A DNA stretch of 64,000 nt. Source: the human T2T-CHM13v2.0 reference genome, Homo sapiens. The translations under genes and the position numbers were made by a program. This document shows, piece after piece, positions 36,863 through 58,656 of this stretch. The DNA is taken from assembly GCF_009914755.1 (NCBI RefSeq), contig NC_060930.1. The stretch is one strand, 5' to 3'. Under the pieces are notes generated by a model. It was not told the DNA's origin and ran no database searches. It was given only the letters and a program-made list of their open reading frames with translations. Position 1 is the first letter of the stretch, and the number at the start of each line of letters is the position of its first letter.

Positions 36863-37261
36863 GAAAGTGGTGGTGTGGAACAAAACCTCCCAACCTTTGT
36901 TATTGTGTTTTTTAATCTTTTATTGAAGTATAATACACATATTGAACAGTGCATAATCTTAGTATACAATTTGGTGAATTCTCACAATGAACACATCCTT
37001 GTAACTGGCACCCAGGTGAAGAAACAGAATGTTCCCAGAGGGCCTCCTCCCATCCTTATAGTCGCTTCTCACCACGTCCCACCCCAGGTGACCACTGTGT
37101 GGCCTTCCAATAACATGGATTAATGTTGCCCATTTTCATACCTTTGTTACTGGTTTTTTTCATGCAACATTATGTCTTGTGAGACTCATCCATGTTATTC
37201 CTACAATAACAGTTCTTAATCTCCTAGTCTGCATTCATTGTAATGTTTTGGTACTTTTAAA

Positions 37262-37561
37262 TTTTTTTATTTTTATTTTTTGAGACAGAGTCTGGCTCTA
37301 TCACCCAGGCTGGAGTGCAGCGGCACAGTCTTGGCTCATTGTAGCCTCTGCCTCCTAGGCTCAAGCAGTCCTCCCACCTCAGCCTCCTGAGTAGCTGGGA
37401 CTACAGGTGCATGCTACCAAGCCCGACTAATTTTTGTATTTTCTGTAGAGACAGGATTTCACGGTTGCCCAGGCTGGTCTGGAACTCTTAAACTCAAACG
37501 ACCTGCCTGCCTTGACCTTCCAAAGTGCTAGGATTACAAGTGTGAGCCACCATGCCTGACC
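37262..37561 (-). mobile_element. Alu (AluJ-like)
   Basis: flanked by tgttttggtacttt on both sides. Confidence 0.9.
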
Positions 37562-38104
37562 TGTTTTGGTACTTTAAGTCAGTTCACATACTCATATCTT
37601 ATTAGGGTGAACCCAAGCTCATTGATCTTGAGACAATGCTATAGCTATAGCAGAATTTATACTTTTAACCTAGTATTAGATATAAATTCCTGAAAGTTAG
37701 TATATATTATTTAGGCATTTTGTATGTTTTAATGGAAACCTCGAGCTTAATTAAATGGTTTTTTTTTAGCTAGTTTCAGGAGACTGACGCTTTAGGAGAA
37801 TACCCTTCGCTCCCTTATGATAAAGAGTGATTTCCTTTGCCTGCAAGTGATAGAACTGGGACTATGTTAGATCTTTGTGAAATTTGTTAAAAAGCATACT
37901 CCAGAAAGGGAAGGGCTGTTTGAAAGGCCCCAGGACACATTCTGTTTCTCATCTGGACTTTTCTCTACTTGTTGACTTGGCTCTGCAGACTGGCTTTCTC
38001 CACACAGTGAGACACATGGCCACTAGTGGCTCCTGAATTTATATATATATAAATATATATAAATTCACTATGTTTATATATATATTCAGTGTATAATGCA
38101 GCGT

Positions 38105-38176
38105 GACATCCACGTCACCCTGCATTATACACTGAAGGCTGGAGAAGGTCATGAGAGATCATTTCATCAAAGCTAT
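38105..38176 (+). repeat. 72-bp dispersed duplicate of 39115-39186
   Basis: 71/72 identical (g38147 vs a39157). Confidence 0.95.
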
Positions 38177-38249
38177 ATATATATATTTTTTCTGTATTTA
38201 TATATATATATTTTATATATATTATATATATATATATTATATATATATA

Positions 38250-38854
<605 letters not shown>

Positions 38855-39804
38855 TCCTGAATTTTATAAGTTGTAAATGCTACCATAAGAGGACAGACAT
38901 TATTTTTTCAGTTATAGTTCAGAAAAATCCCAAGTACCTGCCTTTGACCTTTCAGCTGTAGTCAAAGCAGGGAATGAGGTACTGTGGTTGGTCTTGCCTG
39001 GACCTGCCTTTGGTCAGTCAATTGTGTTGAGGTGTAAGTCTTTATAGAATCACTTGGTGAGAAAAGGACATGCTGTTCCTAGAAAAAGGGTATTTCTGGG
39101 CAGGCCAAACACTGGACATCCACGTCACCCTGCATTATACACTGAAGGCTGGAGAAAGTCATGAGAGATCATTTCATCAAAGCTATTTGGAATTCTAGAA
39201 GCAGATTCTACTGACTGGTGGCTAGACCACAGACAGTGATTATAATGAGGGCCGTTGGAGTTATTTGAAGCTCTAACCTGTACCAATTCTGAACAATTTC
39301 CTTTTGGTACTTTCAAACTTATCATTCATTTTTCACAATGAGATATGTTGTCACTAGTGGGTCCTGAATTTTATAACTTGTCAGTTCTGCCATAGAAGAG
39401 GGACTGACATTATTTTTCAGTTGTAGTAAGAAAAATCCCAAGTACCCCCATTTGGCCTGTCAGCTGTGGTCTGAGCAAGGAATGAGGTGCTATGGACGGA
39501 GGTACCATCCTTAGCTAGGTCCAAAAATGTTTGTTACTCTCATCTATCAAAGTGGTTTTCAACCTTTTTTTAATGTAGCAGGACAGTATTTTTAAATCAA
39601 AAAAGGAAAAAAAATCCTACATACAAAGCAGTAGTAGTACGTATTTATGGATCCATAAAAATATAATAAAAGTATTACCAAAATGCAAACTAAAGGGCTG
39701 TGGACCAAATTCATGACTGTTGTGGCCTCTGGGCAGGGAGGATGGGAAGTGGTATTGAAAATATAATAGAAATTTTTCTCCGATTTATAGAAAAAGTAAT
39801 ACAG

Positions 39805-40257
<453 letters not shown>

Positions 40258-41347
40258 TCATCTTTATATGCTGCATTTGTATAGTACTATATTCCTCATT
40301 TGTATAGTACTATACAATTACTTTTATATCTCCAAATTCCTACTTTATGTAGTTGTGATGTTTTTAGAAAAAATATGTATAAAATGCTTAGAACAGTATG
40401 TGGCACATTGGAAGCACTCAAATATTAACTATTATTCATGTTGTTATTATTGGGGGGACATAAATAACTTCTAATCATGGGTATTTTTTCTCATAAAAAA
40501 AAAACACACATATTGAGAGCTTACTGCATATCTTTTGCGTATCTGGCACCGTACTCATGCTACTACCTTGTCTCATTTCAGCCTTACAAGGCAGTTATTT
40601 TATTGTAGGTAGGAAACTGAAGATCAGCGAAATAACTTGATTAAGCATCAGTGGCCACCAAATGATTGAGCTGGATTAGAACCAAGCTCAGGAACTCCAA
40701 AGGCCCTGTTCTTAACCTCTGCATTTCATTACTGCCAACACATTTCTTATCTTTCTTAAGCAACTTCCGAAGAAGCCAGGAAAAAATTGCCTAGGATAGC
40801 TAAATTTAGCTTAACAATATATGATTTAGAATTGGGAATATAGGAAAATATATGTAGATAAGTGAAAGATACTTTAAAAATTTAGCATTTTTATATACCG
40901 TATTTGGCAGTTTCTAGTATGTGTTAGAGACCATGCTAGGTGCTTTACAGAAACGTGATGAAATTCTTAGACAGCGCTGCATGTTGGGCATTCTGTGTCT
41001 CCTTTAGAATGAATCAGTCTCAGAGATATTACGTATCCTATGCAGGGTATGTATCCTATAACCACAAAATGGCATTCAAGTCCCCACCTGCTATCATGCC
41101 AGAAACTACATGCTTTTCATTACATGGAACTGGTTTTCTCACATCATCAGTTGTTTATATTTTACTTTTGAGGTAGGTATATATATTCTGGATTTTATTC
41201 ATCTTGTCATCTTTTGTTTCCTCATAGTTTAGAAAAACTGGAGGCAAACAACATGTAAAACATTTAATTGGGTGTCTGTGCAATTAAGTAATGCAAACTG
41301 TTTTTGTAATAATGCAAAGTGTAATCTTTAAATGTTTTTAGCTTGTT

Positions 41348-42419
<1,072 letters not shown>

Positions 42420-42774
42420 TTAGCAGTAAAATTGTTACTCTATTGTTGGTTTCTAGTACAATACACTGGTACAGAGTGATCACTTTATTTCCTAACACGA
42501 GAATTTTCAGGGCCTTTCCTGCCTCGAACACACACCAGCTGTGTGTTTAGTCAATACTGTGTTTATCTCAGCGTGAGATTCAAATTTTCCTCCTAATAGC
42601 ATTATCACGGTGCAACGTCACTTTTTGTATTCCTTCATTTGAATAGTTCCTATACATTATTATGGTTTAAAAAATAAGTCTGAAGGTGGCAATATCCTAA
42701 CACTGAAAGCAGTGTATTTTTACTTGACTTATTATTGTGAACACATTATGTCACTGCACATTCAAGTGGTGTGA

Positions 42775-42915
<141 letters not shown>

Positions 42916-43463
42916 TAGTGTATGGCTCTATCCTATGCTGCTGTCCTTCCTAATGTTAAAATGTTCTGAATTTTATTTGTCTTTGTTTATGTGGACTTTG
43001 GTGGTGTTCCTGGACCATTAAGTTAAATTCTGTCCCTTTCCTTTCTAATTAATGATTGTGACTGACCTGCATTAGCATTAATTGGATTTAAGTGCTCATG
43101 AAACGGGCAAAATAAGAAACAGAAATTCTCAAAGTTCAACAGTGCAGGCTTACTTGTTTGTTTTGGGAAGCTGCCTTATGTAATTTTTTTCTTTATTGCT
43201 CTTAACCCTGCAATTTTGTATCATCTTTTGCTTTTATTTCTTTCTCACTTTGCTAGTCAGGCTGTTGAACTATTGTAATTTGATTTTTAATTTGACAGTC
43301 CATCAGTTTTTAAATTTTTCTGTTTTATCTTCCTTTTTAAGCCTAACCAATTTTCATGCCTCTGTAAGATAAGTGTCCATGTGCAACTTTTTTAAAGCTT
43401 CAGTTAACCACATGAGCGTATGAATCAGAGATAGAAATGGATTAAATATGTGTTAATATACTA

Positions 43464-44467
43464 CAGTCATGCACTGCATAACAACATTTCAGCCAGTGAC
43501 AGATTGCATATGTGACAGGGCCCGTAAGATATAATGGAGCTGAAAAATTCCTATTGCCCCCGAAAACCTTCCAGCAGGACAAGATGTGAAGGTAGAAGAC
43601 AGTGATATTGATAATCCTGACTCAGTGTAGTCCTAAACTAATATGTGTGCGTCTCAGTTTTTAAAAAAAGAGTTTAAAAAGTAAAAAAAAAAATTAAATA
43701 GAAAAAAGCTTATAAACTAAGGATATAAAGAAAGAAAATATTTTTGTATAGCTCTACAATGTGTTTATATTTTAAGTTTTGTTATTATGAAGAGTCAAAA
43801 AGTAAAAAAAGCCAGGCATGGTGGCAGGCGCCTGTAGTCCCAGCTACTCGGGAGGCTGAGGCAGGGGAATCGCTTGAACTGGGAGGCAGAGGCTGCAGTG
43901 AGCCAAGATCACGCCACTGCACTCCAGCCTGGCAACAGAGCAAGACTCCATCTCAAAACAACAACAACAACAACAACAAAAAACTTTAAAAAAAATTAGA
44001 AAGTTTATGAAGCAAAAAATTACAGTGAGCTAAGGTTAATTTATTATTGAAGAAAGGAAATAAAAAATAAATTTAGTGTACAGTAATGTTCTAGGCCTTT
44101 CCATTCACTCACTACTCATTCACTCACTGACTCACCCAGAGTAATTTCCAGTTTTGTAAGCTCCATTCATGGTAAGGACCCTACTACCATTTTTTATCTT
44201 CCATACTATATTTTTACTATACCTTTTCTATGTTTAGATACAGAAAGCCTTACAATTGTGTTACAGTAGCCTACAGTATTCAGTACAGTAACATGCTGGA
44301 CAGGCATGTAGCCTAGGAGCAATAGGCTGTTTCATCTAGCCTGGGTGTGTACTAGGCTGTACCACCTAGGTTTGTGTAAGTACACTCTGTGATGTTCACG
44401 CAAAGATGAAATTGCCTAATGCCACATTTCTGAGAGCATATCCCCATCATTAAGTGATGCATGACTG
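43464..44467. mobile_element. Tigger3-like (TcMar-Tigger) non-autonomous DNA transposon containing an Alu right monomer (about 43808-43985)
   Basis: terminal inverted repeats cagtcatgca / tgcatgactg flanked by TA on each side. Confidence 0.82.
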
Positions 44468-44854
44468 TATTTATGTCCCTGAAGTGGTCTGTTGACCGTG
44501 ACAAATAGGTAAAATGTATGCTTTGTTTTTTTCCCAGTTTTAAATTAATTAAAGTTAAAAGAACATTGTATTGGCAGAGTTCTTTAAATAAAAATAAGTA
44601 AAATAAGTTAAAATATAGTATATATACAATGATATTACTCAATCTAAACATTTCAATGCTGATGACTATAGTTTCAAACTCATAAATGAATGTTTCATAT
44701 TGGAAAATTAATTATGGCCTGTATGTTAGATGTTTGGGAACTCTAAAGAAAGATGCTGATAGACATTTGAGAGTGATTTACAAAAATTATTTTCTAATAA
44801 CTGAAACTTTTCTTCAAATTAGCTTAAACTAAAGCCCAACATAGTCAGACAATG

Positions 44855-44934
44855 TTAGGTTGGTGCAAGAGTAGTTGCAGTTTTTGCCATTACTTTCAAT
44901 GGCAAAAACTGCAACTACTTTTGCGCCAACTTAA
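44855..44934. mobile_element. MADE1 (Hsmar1-derived 80-bp MITE)
   Basis: two 37-bp inverted repeats around actttc. Confidence 0.92.
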
Positions 44935-45268
44935 ATCCATTGCTGTTCTGAGTTATGTGGGGTGGACTGAGTGTGGACCCAGCACTTGTCCTATTCAGCC
45001 AGGACCTCTGGGTTCACTTGGGGCTCTAGATAGCAGAATTTGTAAAGCCGGAATAGATAAGAGACTCACCACTATTTGATTACATTCTTGGATATGATTA
45101 GATATCGTATTAAGAATTTTGGTCCAAGAGAGTTGGAAACAATGATTAATTTAGATTTAGAGAACATGGAAAAATTTAATTCATAGCCTTTGCTTTTTCA
45201 GATGTGCCTAAATGAACAGACCTCTTGCCTTTTAATGCCTGGAAAAACCTCAGAGTATGTTGAAACCC

Positions 45269-45692
<424 letters not shown>

Positions 45693-46068
45693 AGGGAAAA
45701 CCTTTTGAAGAGAAAGCTGGGCTCATTTGTCAGATAAAATTTTTAATCCCCTATGTATTTACTGCCGCTTCTAAAGCTGAATTAGAAAATCCACAATGCT
45801 GTTTGGAACTATGCCTTTTCCAGCTGTCTGTAGTGTTCCATCGTGTACATAAAGCATATTGAGTTCTTTTTCTCACAAGTCATATTAGTTTTTTGCTATT
45901 AATGTCTATGTTGATTCCTGTCTATACTTGTTATACAACTTCTCAAAAATGACTCCTTGGTTCATATTAAATAGTTATCAGAAAGCAGATGTTGTTTCTA
46001 GTAGGAAAGCCTGCATACTGTTTAATTGCAAAGATGTCACAGTTTATGTTTCTCTGAATTGTTTTTAG

Positions 46069-46209
<141 letters not shown>

Positions 46210-46887
46210 TAGAATAAAATTATATAAATATAATCAATGAAGTGTATATTAAAAAGTGTTCTGGGTTTAGGGATTGGAGTTACTAATTCTTTTTTATATG
46301 TGTTTTTGTTACCCAATTAATTAGTAGTGAAAGCTAAAATTAGGCAAAAATATTTGAATAATGATTGAATGAATTTGGGCAATGTAGACATTCAATACTT
46401 AAGGTTAAATAAAAATCTTTTTCTCATTCTTTCACCTCCAATCTGTTTTTCCTTTAATATATTTTTTTAACTATAGTAATTCACTTTTAGTATTATGTTC
46501 TTTATAAGTTTCTAATTAGCGAGAGTCTCTACTTTGTTGAAACAGATGTAAAGAGATGGTTAATTCTTTCTTTTTCCTAACATGATAACATACATGACTG
46601 TTCACAGATGTTTGGGATATAGAAAGTTTTCTACTCTGTGAACAGCAGAGGATGAGGTAAATTTTTAATGATGGTCTCAGTAAATTTATCTGGGTTATAA
46701 GATGACTTAGGTTGGTTTCCTGGCTTTTATATTTAGGCAGGTTCTGCTAAATGACTGTGGAAAACATCTTATTAAGTGACATCTCCCAATTTCATCCTTT
46801 TGTTTTTTTACGTTAAGGATAAAAAAGTACCTTATTGATTATTTTAATAAGGTAATTATGTTATTCCTACTATTTAAAAAATTCTAA

Positions 46888-47176
<289 letters not shown>

Positions 47177-47713
47177 AAAAATTCTAAATTTTTAGTTAAG
47201 TTAATATTTTAAGTTTCTCTGGCTGCAATGCAACATAGGAGACACAGTGCTCTGTTTTATTTTTTAATAAATTTGTTTAATTGGACAAGTTTTAGCAGTT
47301 GAAAAATATGCTCTATGTATATTTTAGAGTGATTATGAGAATGAAATAAGGTAATGTAGTGAAAGTACTTTGCAAACTAAGTGCTGGTCAAATGTAGTTA
47401 TATATGTGTATTTAACTATTAAAGTGCGATAAGACAAACACTGAAGAAATGTAATTGCAAAGGTCAACTTATTAAGTACATTATTACTCATCTAGAAGAC
47501 GTTACTTGTCTTTAAACTTGCTTTTTACCCTTGATATAATTTTCCATTAGCTGTAATATACAAATAACGTAAAAATAACTTAAGGGTGTTTTTATTTAAC
47601 ATTTAAATGTTTATTTTGATAACGTGATTATAGCAATCATATATTTGTAAAATTGGTAAATTATATAATTATATATTTGTACTCTTATATACTTAAATCC
47701 CTTATATTTGTAA

Positions 47714-48039
<326 letters not shown>

Positions 48040-48376
48040 TGTAAGAATCATTTTTGGATAGCCAATATGAAATTGTATTTAATTTTTCCAGAATAGCAAC
48101 ATTTTGGGAATATTTTATTCTAAATAAGTTCTAAAAAGCTTGAGGGATAATTTTCTTTGGAGAATGTAAAAATATTTTTCCTGAAGATGGATACTTATAA
48201 GGCCAGAAGATTTTTGCCTCAAATTATAGCATATATGCTTTGAAAAAGCATAATTTTAAGTGACAGCTCTGACTCAACTTAAATTTATTATAATGTTTAT
48301 GGAATGATCATAGAAAGCAGTGTTATAATCACAGCTGACTTCAAAAAGGGTTTTTTTTTTCTTTTTTTTTTTGTAG

Positions 48377-48432
48377 TTTTCACCATTTCATGCTTCTGTG
48401 CTGGCCTCTTGCTCGTATGATTTTACTGTAAG
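48377..48432 (+). CDS. PEX7: PEX7 coding exon 8 (56 nt; FSPFHASVLASCSYDFTV(R))
   Basis: long poly-T tract then gtag| acceptor, AG|gtacag donor; in frame with exon 7. Confidence 0.96.
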
Positions 48433-49389
48433 GTACAGTGGTTTTTAATACATTTCATTGTGAAATACCAGGTAACATTTGCATCTTTGCAACTTTTATA
48501 AGAGATAATATGATTACTCTTACTAACATGAAAATAATCTGAGATGGGTACATTTAAATATTTACTAGGATTAATATTATATTTTTCCTGTTTTCGTGAT
48601 CCAGTCACATATATGAGTAAATTTTTTCTCTTCAAATATTAGCCTGGCTATTCTGTTTAAAAGCCATCTTTTCTAATAGATGTTCCTATGGTAACACTTT
48701 CCTACACTATAGATGGCATAGCCAATATATTCTAAATTTAGATATAGAAATTTGGAAATTGCATTTCTTCAGGTCTAATTATATGAGTCGTAAGGCTAAG
48801 ATTGCTTAGATGAAAAAACAATGAACATGAGTGTATGATTTTTTGTGAATGTAGATATATGAACATGTATGTGTATATATGTGCATGGATATCTAGATAA
48901 GAGTGTGTGTGGGTGTGGGTCTCTATTTATACTTCCAGTTACAGTTCCATACCACAGAGGATTTATTTTCCCTTTCCAAATTTGTAACTCTTGACTTCCA
49001 TTTTATTCACAATATATTTTCTTATGTGTTAAACCCTGTAATGCTTAGAAAGTAGTTCAGAATTGCAAAGCCATACCTTTGAAAAAAACAATCTTACTAA
49101 TTAGAGCTCAGCACTTGCTTAGAGTTTTTTTTGTCTTTAGTTTGAATACTATATTCAGAAGTTACTTAGGTTAATTCTCCTCTTCTCTGTTAGAGTGTGG
49201 TTATGTTATTCACTTGAAACATGGTTTGATTCCTTTGTTTCTGTTTGTATTCAATTTTAGGGTTTTCCTCCCATCCTTGTTGATTTTGTCTAGGCAAAAC
49301 ATTGACATGGTTTCAAAAGTCAAGATGTACATAAAGATATATTCAGAAAGGTTTCCAGGATTTTCACTAAAATATATCCTGGAAATCAT

Positions 49390-54801
<5,412 letters not shown>

Positions 54802-57800
54802 CCCCATACCTTTATTTTTAAACAGTTTTGTTGAACCATTTTGTTCTAGGTATGTTTTTGTATAGAGTATATATTAGGATCTCGCTTAGTGAACAAATAG
54901 TCTTTTTATTAGAATATGTAAGTTTAACTCTTTCATATTTCTTGATAAAAATGTTTAGCATCGAATGTGTCATATTTTATGTTATGATTATTATTTGTAT
55001 TTTATTTGCTATGTTTCTGTGTGTGATGTGCTTTTTTGTTGTGTTTTTTTCTTTGACAAATTTTTTTTGACATTTAGGTAAGTTTTTATATGTTTTAGTG
55101 GTTGCCTTTGGTGTTACAACTTTTTAAATGCCTTCATAAGTTTTCTGAAAAAAATTAACCGTTTATTGCCTGGTTGTGAGTTTTTCATTATATTTTTGTG
55201 AAATCCCACCTATTTCTTATATAATAACCAGTGAACTTGTTCTACTTTCGCTTTTTTTTCCCTTTTCCATCAAATTTTGTTTCATTTATGCTTTGTTAGA
55301 ACATGCAACATGTAACATATAGCACATATCATATGATATATTTTTACTTAGTTTCTACCTTTGTTTTAGTCTTAAGTGTATAATTAAATATATTAAGTGC
55401 TCATTATCAGTTTTTTATTCCTAAGTTTCCCTCATTATCTGATGCAGTTTATCTTCAGGAAATGCCATAGATTTCTCAAGAGGGACTGATGGGCATAGAA
55501 TTCTCATGAACTCTCATATGTTTAAAACTATTTTTCTGTAGCTTTCCTACTTGGAGGATAGTTTAGCTGAATATAAACTCCTTGATTTACATTTCTTTCT
55601 TTGAGGTTTTTGAAAATGCTACTATGTTTTTATCTTGCTTTCTATGTCGTTTTTGAGAATTCTGATGCCAGTCTAACTCTCTTTTACTTGTAAGTTGTTT
55701 GGCACCACCCCGACCCCAACCATCAATCCTTTCCCTCCTCCTCGAGACCCTGGGGAAAAAGAACCCTTGTTGCATTTCAGTTTTTCTTGCTGCAGGCTCA
55801 GTGAGCTCTTTAAGTATATAGATTTGGGTCTTCTTTTATTCCTAGAAAGTTTTTTGAATTACAATTTTAAATAATAGTTCTACTTAATTGTTTTATTTTC
55901 TGTGGAACTCCCATTATGTATAAAAGGACTCTCCTTTACCTGTCTTCTCTCTCAGGTACTTTCTGTCTGATACTTTTTCCTTCTATATTTCTTTATCTCA
56001 TTTTCATTCTTTTGGTTGTTTTCCTGTTGTCCTCAATGCCCTTATTATGTTTTTGTGTGAATCTGCTCTTCTTGGGCCCCAATGTAATTCTGTGTTTATT
56101 TGTGAAATGATTTTGCCTTTTTTCTTGTGTTTCTTCAGTTCAGTCAGGTCTGTTTCAGTTCTTCTGTTTTTGTCCACTTCTTTTCTTTGTTTTTGAGTTC
56201 CTGATCAAGGGTTTTGTTGGTTTTTTTTCTTCCATGTCCCTAAATGCTTGCTTGAAGATAATTTGATTCAGTTTAGAATATGTTACGGTTTTCTACTTCA
56301 CTATTTTTTTTTTTGAGGGAAGCTTTTGTCAGATGAATTGTTGGAATTCTTGTAACCATTTATTTGTGTATGTGTGTGTTTTTAAAAATAAATAAAGACT
56401 TTTTTGTCTCTTTATATCTGTGGACAGGGTTGATGGTTTGAGGTTGGCACCTTTCCTTCCTTTTAATTTTCTTTCACCCCTAAACTATCAACTTTCTAAG
56501 ATCACCTCCCTGTATCCAGTGTACTTTAAAATCTGTAATCTAATCTTTATTATGCCTTTTTCCAGTATTTTCACTCATAGGATGCACTTTCTCTTTCTCA
56601 TGATGGTTTTAGGTCAGCGTTAGACCTAGTCCTAGCTCCTGCCCTCTCTGTACCATTCAGTGTTCCCCACACTGTCCTTGCCATTCACACAGGCTTGCAG
56701 CTGGAACAAGGAAGAGAGCTCATAGGGATTCTGTTTTGATTTTTCTTCTTACAGTTAATTTGAAGTTTGGATGTGTGGAAGACCTGAGGTTTGTGTAGTT
56801 TTATTTGTTCTCTTTGTTGTTCTGTATTGGTTTTTGTAAGAATACAGTAACAGTTTTGGATTTACATGGCCTCATTGCCTAGACTCTCCTCTCTCCTCAC
56901 TTCTGAGTCCGTATTAGATATGGCCCAGTCTATATAGCTTTGTTTGTATAAAATGTACTTCTAATAGAATAAATTACAACAATGCTTTGAGATGTATTTC
57001 ATGCCTTAACTTGGTTTTCTTGATTCATTCAATACAAGCGGGCAGACAGCTGGGAAGAATAATCACATGGAGGCTCCCAGCTCTCAAAAGTGTACTTTAA
57101 CCAGGCTTTTGTTTGTTTTTTAGTATTCCATATAAAATAATAAGTAGTGATTATAAAGTTTTCAGCCTGGGAACTAACGAATGGCAACACAACAGAAAGG
57201 AAGAAACTGGAACTGTGGAGCTAGATCACTGGCTGGAGGTTAAGGCTGTGCATGTAGATTTGGACACCATTTACTCACTGATAATTCAGTCCATAAGAAT
57301 GAATAAGCCAAAGGGAGATAAGTGTAGAGAAAGAACAAAAATTCCCTCCTTCAGGAGGGAGTTCATGTTGGAAAGCAGGAAGGAGCAGCCCACCAGGAAC
57401 AGGAGGAAACCTTAGAGCATGCAATAGTCACAGAAGCTGTGGGAGGAGGGGCTTTCAACAAGGTGTGAATGGCCAGTAATGTCAGATCCACCAGATAGGT
57501 TAAGCAGTATGAAGAGAGAACTTGGAATCTTCTCTTTTTGTCGCTCATGGATTCAAAAAGATATCCACATATAGGATCTAGTTCTTGGAATTCGAACACC
57601 TTTCTGGCATTTGAAGCAAGAAGGCATAAACTGAGATGAGACATTAATCTTTTGGTGATCTCATATTTGGTATTCTTAACAGTTTTAATTGGGACATCTT
57701 AAATCCATTTCAGTGCTTTGTTTCTGATTAAAGAGAAAAATCTAATGACTACTGAGACTTTCTTCTCAGAATTGTCATTTTGATCTTAATCCTAGTGACT

Positions 57801-58344
57801 GACCACTCCCTGTTTTATGTATTTAAGTACCCCTAAACACCCTGTGGGAAAATGCCTTGTTCTCAGGAATGTTTGTTAAGACTGGATGTCAACTACATTT
57901 CTGAAAATCTTGGGAGTATCAAACCATGCTCAGAATCATCATAGTTTTTGGCTTTCAGTCTTACTTTTCTCTCCACTGTTAAATGCTGAGTCCTGAGCAA
58001 GGACAGGGAGCGGGGGATAGATATTTAGTGCCCCTGGGGAGGGAGGTGGCTTAGGTCATGGTCCTGAGACCAGATCAAAGGTGTTGTAGCTATATTTGTA
58101 AGCACTTGGAAAAATTGAGATTTATAGTTCAATAATAGGAGATCTTTAACGTAAGTTAAACAGAAAGTTAAGAAGATATTTGAAATCAATGATCGTGTAT
58201 AACTTAGAGTCCAGGTTTCTTTTATTAATGTGTAATATGGCAACTAGTGATATCTGTGCTCACAAGCTCACAGGGTGATTACAAGAAATATATGAGAAGA
58301 CGTTCTTGAAAATACTATGATAATTCTTAATTGCTTTTCCCCCT

Positions 58345-58656
58345 CTTCTTCTTCTTTTTTTTTTTTTTTTTTTTTTGAGACAGTCTTGCTCTGTCACCCA
58401 GGCTGCAGTGCAGTTGTGTGATCTTGGCTCATTGTAACCTCCACCTCCAGGGTTCAAGCGATTCTCCCACCTTAGCCTCCTGACTATCTGGGACTACAGG
58501 CACACATCACCACACCCAGCTAATCTTTGTATGTTTAGTAGAGACAGGGTTTTACCATGTTGGCCAGGCTGGTCTCGAACTCCTGACCTCAAGTGATCTG
58601 CCCACCACAGCCTCCCAAAGTGCTGGGATTATAGGCGTGAGCCCCCGCACCTGGCC
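58345..58656 (-). mobile_element. Alu (AluS-like)
   Basis: reverse-complement Alu with T tail. Confidence 0.9.

Noticed and set aside
40274-40314. 18-bp direct repeat catttgtatagtactata (similar short duplications at 51905-51938 and about 8336-8367)
   Set aside because: Ordinary slippage duplications inside old repeats; not an array or CRISPR.
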